Positions 35,998 to 47,665 of a stretch of DNA of 64,000 bases are shown here, one piece after another; the stretch's first letter is position 1; the number at the start of each line of letters is the position of its first letter. This stretch comes from Mesotaenium endlicherianum (lineage: Eukaryota): NCBI GenBank assembly GCA_009602735.1, contig WELA01003517.1, positions 643,473-707,472 of the forward strand, read 5' to 3'. The position numbers and the translations under genes were made by a program. The notes under the pieces were generated by a model. It was not told the DNA's origin and ran no database searches. It saw only the letters and a program-made list of their open reading frames with translations.

Positions 35998-36997
35998 AAG
36001 GAATGTGTACTCTCCAGAGTGAGCACCTCAAGACTGTAATCTGGTAGGTAAACCACTAATGAAGTATGGCCCAAAAGATCACTGGAAGCACATCATGATC
36101 TTCAGAATAGTCCTATGGCAAGGGCGTAAGCTGTGACTTTGCTCACCACTTGTGAAGTTCTTCAAGTGACTGGAAGCCTGGAGGGCTTGCTCTTCACAAG
36201 AGAGTAACTAAGTGGTCCTGAAAACACAAGAGATAAAAGTGTAAGCTTTACTGATAATCTCTGTTACTTACACCTGGCATAATGGACTTCTAAAAGATGT
36301 CTCTTCTAGGGACATCTCTAGTACTTATACTCCTGGAAATCCGGCGGGGTATGCGGCGGATCCAGTGTACGCAGTCACTCTAGGAGGCTCTCCTGTGTCC
36401 ACTAATGTGTACAAGGCATGTACTAGCACTCCCATAGGCTAAGCATAACTCAAACCAATCAAAGCAAGGTGCGTAGGATATGCTACGTGGTCCTCATTGG
36501 CCGAGCTTACCTTGGGTGATTCTACCTAGATAGCGCCTCAAAAGTGGATCTGGAAATTAAGGAAGCTTCCTCTAGGAGTAGGTGATGCAGTCACCAAGTT
36601 ATAGCCTCAATGATGCACATATACTATGGAAATGCAAAGCTTATGTAGGCTAAGGGGCTCGCGGATTTGTGCGCACAAAGCTTGGGGTCACGATGAGCCA
36701 ACAATGTCACCTTTGGGGACATTGAGTCACAAATTGGGCTTTGGGGAAGTTCCGCTAGGGACCGGTAGGTGACGCGGACTAGATCGCACCTATCTCGCTC
36801 GATACTTGACCAAATGACGCGAAATTGGTGTCATTCGGAAGATGCTTTGACGCGCTACACGTTGGTAACTTGGAAATCTAGAAAAGGTCAACATACAAAT
36901 GCGTAAAGTCAATGCAAAGTTGGCCTTCCTAGGTTGATGTTCCGCACATGTGGAGCTTGGTTTTTATACAACAACCTCGACTCAATAAATCATGACA
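35997..36997 (-). repeat. Split direct repeat X, 5' terminal copy; contains a TATA-like box (TATAAG on -, 36329-36324)
   Basis: Direct repeat of 26661-27661; starts TGTCATG on the - strand. Confidence 0.95.
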
Positions 36998-39900
36998 GAG
37001 GGGAGAGAGGAGAGAGAGGACCAGCGAACCAGCAGAACAGAAAACAAGCCAAGTAAGAACCATCAGACTGCAGACCTGAAAACAAGCCAGCAAAGCCAGC
37101 AAGAGGGAGAGAGATTGCCAAAGAGAGATAGAAGAGAGAGAGAGAGAAGAAAAGAGAGGAATGAGAGGAGAGAGACAACCAGCAGTCCTGCAGACCAGCC
37201 AAGCAAGCGAGCAAGAGAGGAGGGAGAGAGAGAAGAGAGGAGAACAAACAGAGCATCCAAGCAAGAAAGCGACAAAGAGAGAGAGGAGAGAAGAACGAGA
37301 AGAGAGAGGAGAGAGGAGAGGAGAGAGAGAAAGGAGACAAGAGAACCAGCAAAGCATCAGACCGGCCAAGAAAGCGGGAAAGAGAGAGAGGAGAGATAGG
37401 AGGGAGAACCAACAGACTAGACAAGCGAGCAAGCAAGGGAGTGAGAGAGAGGGAAAGAGAGAGAGGAGAGGAGAGAGGAAGGAGAGGAGAGTGACAACCA
37501 GCAGACTTGCAGACCAGCCGAGCATGCGAGCAAAAGAGAGGAGAGAGAGAAAGGAGAGGACCAAGAGAGCAGCCAACAAGCAAGCAACAGAGAGAGAGGA
37601 GAGAGGAGAGAGAGAACCAGCGGACCGGCAGAATAGAAAACCAGCTAGAGAGTGAGATGGGAGGGAGAGGAGAGGAGAGAGAAAACGAGCAGACCAACAG
37701 ACCAGAAACGAGCCAAGAAGGCAAGCAAGAGAGAGAGGGGGAGAGAGAGTGAGAAGAGAGACAAAGGAGAGGAGAGAGAAGCAGCAGCACAACAGACCAA
37801 CTAACCACCCAAGCTAGCAAGCAAGACAGAGAGAGAGCCAGCAGACACATCACAGCAGCACACCATATCGAGCCAATAGCAAAACACCAGCACCTCAAAC
37901 CAGCAGTTACTGAACTACAGCAGCAACACAAGCAAAAGCACATTAAAGCAATGTGGAGGCCCTTTGCTAAATGTAGTGTGAGTAGCATGCATGAGGCCAG
38001 CACAAGCATCGCTTCATGAGCAGATTTGTTATGAATGCATATTTTATTCAGCCGCTCCAAGAGGATGAAGGAGGTAAGAAATCGCGTCGCGTTGGGTAAT
38101 TTGAGCTTCAACTGGCCTTCTTCATGATAGAGAGATAGAGGCTTGTGGTGGTTTTTGATGAATTTCACAAGATTCCTCGCCCGCTCCACAGTTTGTTGAA
38201 CCCAATCAACCTTCACGATAGCTTCCAACATGAGGTCCAAGCCGTGCGCCGCACACGCACTCCACGTGATGGCAGGGTACTTAGCTTCTATGAGTCTACC
38301 TACCACAGCATGACAGCCTTAGCACACGGAAGAATAAGTAGCATCACAGCAGCTGACACTAGATTGCACAGCTCTGTGACAGCAGCACAAGAGAATTGCA
38401 GCCTCACACCAACACAACAGCATAGAAATAAAGCAAAAAAAGCAACACAGCTGCGCAAAACCAGGCCTCCACACTTGCAATACAACATCACGATATAGTA
38501 AAGTATAAAAACACAAGGACATACCTGCATTCTTGCATGCTCTAGCAAAATTTGTGCATATCATGAGAACATGCTCTGCACCAATCTCTGCTATGACCTC
38601 CTCAAAGCATTTGGCGATGAACTTGCCACTCTTGAACTTGCCGTCACAGTTGACCCCCTTCACCATTTTTTCACCCATGGGAGTCAAAAAAATGAAGTTG
38701 ATGATTGGTCTTTTGGTGATGTTGGTCCTGTATATGAATAAAAAACAAATTATTAGGCACAAAAAAAGAAGGCGAGATAAGGATAAGGTAAATACAACAG
38801 CAACACAGCAGCACAACAACAGCAGCAGCAGATCAGCAAACCAGTCTACCAGCACACAACCCAAGGGCACATAATATATGAGTACAGCAGCAGAGCAAAC
38901 CAGCACAAGCACAAGCGCAAGCATAAGCAAAGCAAGCAACAGGCCAGCAGCAGCAGCAGCAACAACAAAGCAAAGCTACAATGCAGCAGTGGTAGCAGAA
39001 GACTTACCAGCCATCGGAGCATATGACACAGCCTGTGACTTTTAGCTTCTTCATGAATTGGCGAAGCTCGATGTCACAACATGCCATTTCTCGATCCAGA
39101 AGCTTTGTCCTTAGGTGCCACATTTGGGGTCCAGAGTAGTTTGGCCCAGCACGGGATATAGAGTCAAGCATGAGTCCATAGGACGCACAATTGGCAGCAT
39201 TAAAAGATATGCCATTGGCATAAAACCACTTGGCAATTGCCTAATCTGCTAGGTCACGAAAACCTGGTTTCCATACCTCAGGGAGGTCAGTTTGCCTACC
39301 AGAACCTTTAGCAGATCCTCCAGAGGAAGAGGAAGGGCAAAGATTGCCGCTCCTCTTCATTTCTTTCTCAAATGCCAGCTGCTCCATAGTCCGCTCATGA
39401 CGTGAACGCTTTTGCAGAAGCTTCATTTGAGCAAGAGGAACTTTGTAAGATCTAGACCTTTCATCTCATAGCATTGGGCAGCAAAGAAAGCATGAACGTT
39501 GAATGGAACTTGAGGACAGCCTGCGATTCCTTGCCCTTGAACACACCCCAAATGGTACCTAATTCTAAATGCACCTCCCAAGTTGATACGGCCACAATAC
39601 GTACAATTATTTTGGTAGGCACCTGGGGAATCAGGCTTGTCTACCTTATGAACTTGGTCATGCTCTGAGAGTAGAATCAGATAGACCTTGGTTTTGCCCT
39701 TCTCAAATTGATGTCAAGCGAGAAGTGCTGCAGGGAGTAACTAGCTCACATTCCTCCTCGTTGTCAAATTGACTTGAATGAGTGTCGTCTACGTCCTGTT
39801 CAGACATTGCAGGATATGAGAAGAGATAAGTAAGAGTGAGGACCCTCGAATCCATAAAGCAGTATTAGATACAGCGTTCAACGTGAGGTATGAATTTCGG

Positions 39901-41901
39901 CTGAGACTCCTTACCAGATGCATTCATACGCGGCTCGTCAGTTAGCGGATACTACCACAAATGCTGCTGTAACCAACTCCCTTTCCTCTGTGAATGGACA
40001 AGAGACAGATAAGTGTGGTAAAATACGTATTCTATTGGATACGCGAGTAACAAAGTTAGAAGAACACACATTTGGTGCAGCGGGAAGGAAACACGAGTTC
40101 TAACTTTTGGTTCCTTTTCCCGCTAGGTTCATCTTTTTTGAAGTGTTGAAGCCAAACATGGCCGGCTGCTAAGCTACGAAGGCACGACGTTATCAGCACG
40201 GCCGTTAGCTTAACTAGTGCCATGACGATCTTCCGTGAAACACAAAACGTGTGACGCGATGACTGGACTCTGACGGACCGGATCGAAAAACTTTAAAAAG
40301 CCTGCGCAAGGGTGTCTGCCACACACGTTTTAAAAATGGAAAACAATTTTAATGACCAACACCAACGTAGTAATTCGACGAATATTGCCGAATTTAATTA
40401 GTCATCACGTATTGTACGGATAACCTGTACGCCCACACGTGTACGCCGTATACAAATTTTTAAACTAGGGATGGGGAAGATGGAGGAGGGGGAGGAGGGG
40501 TGAAGGAGGAGAGGAGGGGAGGCTGGAGAGGAGAGAAAGAAGCGGGGGAGGAAGAGGAGAGGACTGGAGGAGGAAAAGAGGGGGAGGCAAAGGGAAGGAG
40601 GAGGTGAGAAGGAAGGAGGAGGAGGAGGAGGACGTGGAAGTGAACGAGGAATGGAAAGGGAGGAGGGAGGAGGGGAACGGAGAAGAGAGAAAGGGCGAGA
40701 GGGGTGAGAGGGGAGAGGGGTCTTGGAGGTGGGTGGAGGAGGAGGAGGAGGAGACGGTGGAAGAAGAGAGGGAGGGTGGAGGTGGGAGGAGAAAGAGGGA
40801 GGAGGGAAAGTGGGATGGAGGAGGGGAGGAGAGGCAGGGGGGAGAGGAGGTGTGGAGGAAGGAGGAGGAGGAGGTGGGTTTGGAAAAGTAGAAACGAGGG
40901 GGAAGGAGATGATGGAGAAGGAGAAAGGGGGTGGAGGAGGCAGGGGTGAAGCAAGAGAGGAAGGGGAGGAAGGAAATGGAGGAGGTGAGGAGGGGAAAGG
41001 GGAGGTGGATTTGGATGAGGGTGGCAAAGAGGGGAGGAAGAAGGAGAAGAGGTTGAGGAGAGGGGGGGGATGAAATGAATCGACTTACCAAATAGGCGAT
41101 TAACAATTAATAAAGATCTTTATATCAGCAAGTAATCTTTATGGTATTTCCCGTTAACTGGTTAAACGGCAAAGGACAATACACTAGCAATGAATAATAC
41201 TCGTATGTCAAATGCGAGTAAACTAGCATCAGTAATGCAATTTAGTAAACTCATACATAAGCAAGGTTAGAAGACAGTGCGTATCAATGGCTTCTCGCCT
41301 TGGATTCAGATCTCTCTCAGTAAGCTGTGCAAGAGAGTTGGCCTCGTTCCGAATGCCGAACTCGAGAGCAATGCCTAGCATATGTACATGGAATAAGTTT
41401 ACTGTTCAACGGTCAATGCGATGGCACAGCCTACCCGGGAGTTAACCATGTTGGTAGGACCTCGGTTAACCAAATCCACCGCCATCTCCCATCATCCCAA
41501 ATCGCCATCCATCATAGGGATGTCATCTGGCCATTCATCTAGCACACCACACTTGAAAGCATATCGAGGCATTTCGCTGCTACCGAGTACGGAAGTCAGC
41601 TGGCTGTCAAAGAATGTGTCAGCAAGCTGACTTAAGTTGACCTCAGCCTGCTACTTCCGGCCGAGTCATTAAACTGATAATTANGGCCGAGTCATTAAAC
41701 TGATATTAAATATAAAGTCCAGCAGACTGATCATTAACTAGAGTTCAGCAGGCTGAACTTATTTAACTATATTATTTAAACGACTATTATGTCAACCAAT
41801 ATACGGATTCATTACAATCCCTCCAACTTATCATGTTGTCGCCTCGACAACACTAACACTAGTAACAGCGTGCTGTCCCTCTTGTCCCCAGCCTACTGCT
41901 C

Positions 41902-43578
41902 TTAGGAGGGAGATGTCTGTGAGGCCCTATACTCAGGGGAGCCAGACCTCCTCCTGTCTTGGGGTCTTCTGAAGCCTGTCAAAGAAGGAGGTTCCGTGTA
42001 AGGACCCAGCGGAGAACGCAATAACTGGGCTGTTTCCTCCTGCACAGTCTGAAACTGAAGGGAGGCAGACTTCTCCTGGGCAGCCCTCAAACTGACAGGT
42101 ACGTATACCGGCATCCCAGAAGGATGTTGCATGACATGAGCCAAGTGTACATGCCCTCTCTGCGAGGGAGATAATGGCAGGCCTCTGGCTATCTCCCGAG
42201 CAGCCCTCCTGTCTGCCCTGTCTGACTGGGTCTCCTTGCCTGGAGATGGGCTCTGTCCTCTGGCAGTTCCCAGCCAAGTGATATCCTCCTCTTCAGCGAG
42301 TTGCTGCATGGCCAACCCCGTCTTCTCCCTTATAGGGGATGTGGCAGGTGTCAGGATCACGGCGGGGCTAGTGTCCTCCTCCTCGCCTTCCTCCTTGTCT
42401 TCCTCTGACTCCTCCTCCTCGCCGTCCCCGGGTTCCTCTGAGACTTTTGGGGTCTCTTCTGTCAGTTGCTCCAGCTCTTCCCGAGAAAAAGAATATCCTA
42501 CTAACCTTCCCCTTTTAGGTGCTGGTGGGGGCTGCTGAGTCCGGACCGCATAGGGGTCCCTTTCCCCCTGCTTACTTGCCCATTTGGCATAAGCGTGTTT
42601 CCCTTTGGAGAATGACTCTCGGGCCCTGCTTTTGTCCCCTTGCATCTCTTGGCTCATGCAGTCTCTGACTCCATCCAATCTTGGGTCCCAAGCCGCAATG
42701 TGAGGGGGCAATACTATGTTCCCCTTTAGGTTTGTCAGGAAATCCTCATCGGTCGCCCTGTCATTCTGCTGGTCCCTCATGTTGATGGTCATCCACCGCC
42801 AATCAGTGGGCTTTTGGAAGAAGGCAGGGTCTGTCTTTTTAAGAGTACAAGGGTACCAGTGCCCTGCAAAGTCCAGCTGACTGGTTTCCCTGGCCAATAA
42901 TTCCCAGCTCATCCTCTCCACCTCATTGTACATGGCCTTGAACCTATTATGGGGTGTTGAGTCCTTGAAGCTGTCCGCGTCCATGGGGATCATCCTGATG
43001 ACCCTATCTGTCCCCCAGATACCAGGAATCGAGACAGCTCCTGCTTCGTTCACCTGGGCCATTGCCTTGGCCTCTCCGGTGGTATATCCTACCATCCTGG
43101 CGTAATCGTGGTAGAGGAGGAGCCCTGTGCCGACCTCTATATACTTGTCAAAGTTTTCGGATGTCTTCCCTTCCTTCTGGAGGATTTCCTTCTGCGACTC
43201 ACTGCGACTTCTCTGGGCATACTTGAAGGCCTCCTCCAATAGATCANATAGATCAAAGCCCCTGCCCAGCACCGTGTAGCGGTAGCTGCTGATTCTCCTC
43301 TGTTCTTCTTCTTCAGCCTGCTGCTTCCGTTTCTCCGCGGCTTGCCTCTCCTCCTCTGCTTTCTTGGCCTCCTCTGTAGCTTTTCTGTCCATTTCTTCCT
43401 GCCTCAGTCTGGCCTGTTCCTCCTCCTCCTTCTTCTTCTGCACCTCCCGCTGTTGTTGGAGTCGTTGTGATTCCCGAGCGGAGATGGAAGATGATTCGAT
43501 GTCTCCACAAAATTGCAAGTATTCTGCATGTGCCTCTTTCGCCCTTCTCTTCCTCTTGAGATCAGACTTTTGAGTCAT
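41902..43578 (-). CDS. Extra ORF of unknown function between pol and the 3' LTR (~558 aa; coiled-coil N-terminus, acidic/low-complexity C-terminus)
   Basis: Long open frame (one ambiguous base). The ATG at 43578 directly follows a CAG acceptor-like site. KRKRR basic cluster near the N-terminus. Confidence 0.7.
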   Translation of the reverse strand: MTQKSDLKRKRRAKEAHAEYLQFCGDIESSSISARESQRLQQQREVQKKKEEEEQARLRQEEMDRKATEEAKKAEEERQAAEKRKQQAEEEEQRRISSYRYTVLGRGFDLXDLLEEAFKYAQRSRSESQKEILQKEGKTSENFDKYIEVGTGLLLYHDYARMVGYTTGEAKAMAQVNEAGAVSIPGIWGTDRVIRMIPMDADSFKDSTPHNRFKAMYNEVERMSWELLARETSQLDFAGHWYPCTLKKTDPAFFQKPTDWRWMTINMRDQQNDRATDEDFLTNLKGNIVLPPHIAAWDPRLDGVRDCMSQEMQGDKSRARESFSKGKHAYAKWASKQGERDPYAVRTQQPPPAPKRGRLVGYSFSREELEQLTEETPKVSEEPGDGEEEESEEDKEEGEEEDTSPAVILTPATSPIREKTGLAMQQLAEEEDITWLGTARGQSPSPGKETQSDRADRRAAREIARGLPLSPSQRGHVHLAHVMQHPSGMPVYVPVSLRAAQEKSASLQFQTVQEETAQLLRSPLGPYTEPPSLTGFRRPQDRRRSGSPEYRASQTSPS

Positions 43579-43902
43579 CCTGCTCAATCATAAACACAAT
43601 GCAGTTAATGAAGTCATGATATTTTGCCGCTACTGAGTGCCCTTGATGAAGAGGAACGTGATCGGGAGAGTTCCTAGTGTGGAATACCTGGTGTGAGTGA
43701 ATATAAGGGAAAATTGAGTTAGAGAGCAAGTGAGTGTGAGCGCAGGTTGAGTGTGTAATATGGTGATCAGAGAATACCACTCCCTCCAACTTAATTTTAA
43801 AGGTGGGCTGCCTGTCACAACTGTCACTAACTGTCACATCCCCCTCCAACTTATATGGAGACAAGACCTCCTGTCACCTTCCCGTGTCAACTGAAATGAC
43901 TG

Positions 43903-46900
43903 TTAGGGAGGTGCCCCAGCCGCCCGAAGGTGGAACCGTTTCAACGCCCCTTTTGCATTGGTCAGCTGATCTTTAAATTCCCCAGTGTCCCCAGAGGCAT
44001 CGTAACCCTTCCATCGGATGAGGTACTTCATGACATATTTAGACGATCGACGGACCGAGCGAGCGTCTAAAATCTCATCGACCTCATATTCCTCAGGATC
44101 GCCGTCCCGGACAGCGGGGACCGGTCCCGGTTGGACAGGTAACCGACCTGTGAACAGTGTATCACCTTTGATGTATGGTTCCAGGAAGGAGACATTAAAG
44201 ACCGGGTGACCCTTGTAGTCAGCTGACATGTTCAGTTTGTAAGCATTCTGACCGACACGACGTACCACCGAATATGGACCGACCCAGACAGGGCCAAGCT
44301 TTTTCTTGACCACACCAGGGAGGTACAGGTGCTGAGAATGCAGTTTGACTAAATCCCCCTTGGAAAATGTCAGTTCCCGACGGTGTTGATTAGCGTATTT
44401 TTGTTGGTTTTCTTGGGCCGTGTGCAAGTTTCGTTGGACTTCTGACAGGGTGTCAGCAAACTCCTGAGTTAACTGGAGGGAGACCGGGTTGTCAATCCCT
44501 TCAGGGTGAGTTAAAGATTCCCCTAGCACATCTAGAGGAGACTTAGGGACTCTACCCAGGCTGAGTTCAAAAGGAGTTTTGCCCGTTGACGCGTGCACCG
44601 CACTGTTGACCGCAAACTGAATTTGAGGCAACAGGTCATCCCAATTATCTTGTTTTTGGTTAATATATGCTCTCAGCACCTCCTGCAGAACTCGGTTAGT
44701 TCTTTCAGTCTGCCCATCAGTCTGAGGGTGGTTTGCTGTGCTGAGCAGCTGTTTGACTCCCATTAACCCCATTAAAGCTCTCCAGAACTTAGAGGTGAAT
44801 TTTGAGTCTCTGTCTGAGATGATATTAGAAGGGAGCCCATGTTGGCATACTACATGGTTGTAAAACTGTCTCGCTGTTTCGAGTGCAGTCACTTTGACAG
44901 TTGTGGGGATAAAAATGACCATTTTTGTCAGTTTATCCACGACTACCAGTATTGAATCATGCCCGTTGGCAGTTCTTGGTAGTGAGACCACCCAGTCCAT
45001 GGATATAGTTTCCCAGCGTCCCGCTGGGATGGGTAGCGGTTGCAAGAGACCTCCGGGTGGTGTGTGCCGAGACTTATTTCTCTGACACTGGTCACAGGAC
45101 TTGACATATTTCAAGACCTCCCGGGGTAACCCCTCCCAATGATAATGTTTTGCCAGTTTGCCAACAGTTTTGGCCTGCCCCAAATGTCCACCCAGGAGAC
45201 TGTCATGAGCTTGACTCAGTAAGAGAGACCTTATTTCCAAATTATTAGGAATGACCAGCTTCAGCCTGCCTGAAGTGGTTTCAGTCACCCAGACCCCTCC
45301 CTTGAGCTTATACCCGAGTGCGGTAGCACGACACATACCAGTAGTGGGGCTGGGCTCAAATGTTGGGTCAGAAAGGTAGGCTTTCCTAAGTTGTTCAAGG
45401 AAGGACTTTTTCACCTTTAGTGAAGTGAGTGCACACAGGACTTTATCTACAGCATGCTGACTAAAGTTCCTTTCTTGCAAGTCAGGTCTTCTAGAGAGTG
45501 CATTAGCAGGATTCAACTTCCCTGGTTTGTAGTCGATCTGGACTTGGAACTGCTCCAGCATCTGGCTCCAGCGGTTCTCCCTCCTCGACAGCTTGGACTT
45601 CTTCTGAAAGTGGGTCAGAGCTAGATGATATGTAATCACCTTAAAAGATTTACCATGTAAGTATGCTCTCCACTGTTTGAGTACATGAAGGATAGCTAGC
45701 AGCTCTTTATTATGCACTGAGTAATTAATCTCCGCTGGATTAAATTTCATAGACTCATACAACACAGGATGCCACTCCTGCCGTACCTTACCATCCTTTG
45801 TGGTTTTGACAGCAGGCTGCAACAAAATAGCACCCATGGCAAAGTCAGAGGCATCAGTAACCACCTGCACCGGTTTGCTGGTGTAATACACGGCTAGCAC
45901 TGGGGCAGAACAAAGGGCATCCTTAAGGGTCTGGAAGGCAGCCTGCTGCTCTTTCCCCCACACATACCCTATGTCTTTCTCAGTAAGGTCAGTCAGTTTA
46001 CTGGCCTTTGTGGAATAATTCTCAATAAATCTCCTACAGTAGTTAGCCAACCCGAGGAAGGATCTAACTTCAGAGACAGACTGTGGTATTGGCCAGTCCC
46101 TTATGGTCTGGACTTTCTTAGGATCCACGCTGATGCCATTTTTAGTGACAATGTGGCCTAAGAATTCAATACTGTCTTTAAAGAAATCACACTTGCTCAT
46201 ATTAGCATATAAGTGATTCGTTCTAAGTGTTCAGCGTGCTGAGCTTCATCTTTAGAGAAAATTAAAATATCATCCAGGAAAACTTGCACAAACTTATCCA
46301 AATAAGGTCTAAAAATGTCATTCATAGCACCCATGAAGGTGGCAGGAGCATTAGTCAGTCCAAATGGCATGACGTTGAACTCATAGTGTCCATAACGTGT
46401 ACGAAAGGCAATCTTGTGTTGATCCCCCTCAGCAATTTTGAATTGATGATAACCACTCTTGAGATCGATCTTATTGAACACCTTAGCACCAGACAGGGTA
46501 TCAAGCAAGTCCTCGATTCTGGGTAAAGCATACTTGTTCTTTACTGTAATTCTGTTCAGGGCTCTGTAATCCACACACATCCGCATACCGCCATCCTTTT
46601 TCTTAACAAATAGGATGGGTGCGCCGTAAGGTGATATACTGGGAGAAATATAACCATTTTCCTCAAGCTCTGCAATCTGTGTTTTCAACTCCTCGCTCTC
46701 CACATAAGACAAGCCATACGTGCGTTGCCAAGGTGGCTGACTCCGATGTAATGAATCAATCCTATGATCTACTTCCCTCTCAGAGGGTAGTCCTGGAGGC
46801 ATATTAAATACATCCGTGTACTGAGCAACAATTTTTGCAGCAGTAGGGTGCTCCGGAGGGCTTACCTTTTTCTCAATCACTTCTTCAGGTTGAGGAGGTA

Positions 46901-47597
46901 CCTCTCTTAGCAACAGACGAAACATTCTGTCTTCCTTCTGGTTCCAGCTTTTGACGAAGTCCATTGCATTCAGCAACTTGCATCCTTCTGGAAGCCTCTT
47001 CTTTTCCTTCATTTGCCATCCACACAGGACAAGAGGAAGAGCACTGGTGGGTGCCAAGTCAGTCTGCCCATCACTGGCTCCTCTCACTTTAACTGTACCT
47101 CTGCTCCAACACACTTCAGCTTGATGTCTATTAAGCCAGGACCTGCCTAGCACGAGATCATAAAAGCCAGTGTTGAGTACCTCAAATGTAAGCGTTTCAG
47201 TTAGAACTGCAATGCCAGAACCTAACTGGACCTCAATAGGCTTGGTTATAACTCCTCCCGGGATACTTGAGGCATCTCCAAGGAATATTTTTCTATTCCC
47301 TTGGGTGACAGTAGGCAGCCTTAGCCGCTTAACTAAGTCCTTGTGGATAAAAGTATGTGACGCCCCTCCGTCAACAAATGCCCTCACCTTCCTACCTGCA
47401 ATCATGCAATGCAGTAGGATAGGGGGGACTGTCTTTTCCTGACTTTCGCATTGTTCTCCTGACGTAGCAAAGAAATGTTGGACATCAGGTGGAACAAGAG
47501 CATCCAGAGTGTGCACTCTCTGGACGTCTATATTGCTGATGGTCTCCTTTATCTGGTTGTCAGGCATGCATAGTGAATCCAGTTCAGCAGGACCCAT
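43903..47597 (-). pseudogene. pol (protease, RT, RNase H, integrase, chromodomain) with a frameshift near 46200
   Basis: [66 protein letters not shown]; chromodomain [19 protein letters not shown]. Confidence 0.92.
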
Positions 47598-47665
47598 AAT
47601 ACCTGCTACGAGGGCAGCTAGTGACGACTCACTATCTCTAGCATCCTCACAGTCAGTAGACTGGA

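Larger units (their letters stand above)
26525..36997 (-). mobile_element. Ty3/Gypsy-like retrotransposon with split direct repeats, C5 DNA methyltransferase and PHD-finger integrase; this copy is degenerate
   Basis: Ends 5'-TGTCGTG..CATGACA-3' with a 4-bp TSD GAGG (26521-26524; 36998-37001). Repeat Y at 26525-26660 and 27664-27799. Repeat X at 26661-27661 and 35997-36997 (~29 mismatches in 1001 bp by eye). Domain order on - is gag-protease-MTase-RT-RNaseH-integrase-PHD. Confidence 0.92.
23566..39807 (-). pseudogene. Spliced hAT transposase (BED zinc finger, DUF659-type core, C-terminal dimerisation domain), degenerate
   Basis: Exons ~39807-39008 (CTYCG..GGAFRIRYHLG BED finger; AIAKWFYANGISFN; GCVICSDGW), 38727-38525, 38299-~38043 (WSACAAHGLDLMLE..PNATRF), 25503-24591 (WWHEYG..PELQELAIKVL..SASSYERIWS..HNKKRNRL) and a probable short last exon 23600-23566. 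Lesions include frameshifts near 39520 and 39130, TAG at 39241 and 24682, an apparently mutated donor at ~38042, and ICTN where a catalytic D is expected. Confidence 0.88.
19757..40469 (-). mobile_element. hAT-superfamily DNA transposon (~10.2 kb native plus a 10.5 kb nested retroelement) carrying a LIG4-derived cargo gene
   Basis: TIRs CCTAGTTTAAAAATT (19757-19771) and AATTTTTAAACTAGG (40455-40469). Perfect 8-bp TSD GATGGGGA (19749-19756; 40470-40477). Subterminal CCGTA/GTACG repeats at both ends. Internal hAT transposase exons. Confidence 0.93.

Noticed and set aside
26525..36997. Classification as a DIRS/Ngaro tyrosine-recombinase element
   Set aside because: No tyrosine recombinase ORF is recognisable; it has an aspartic protease, a DDE integrase, TG..CA ends and a TSD.
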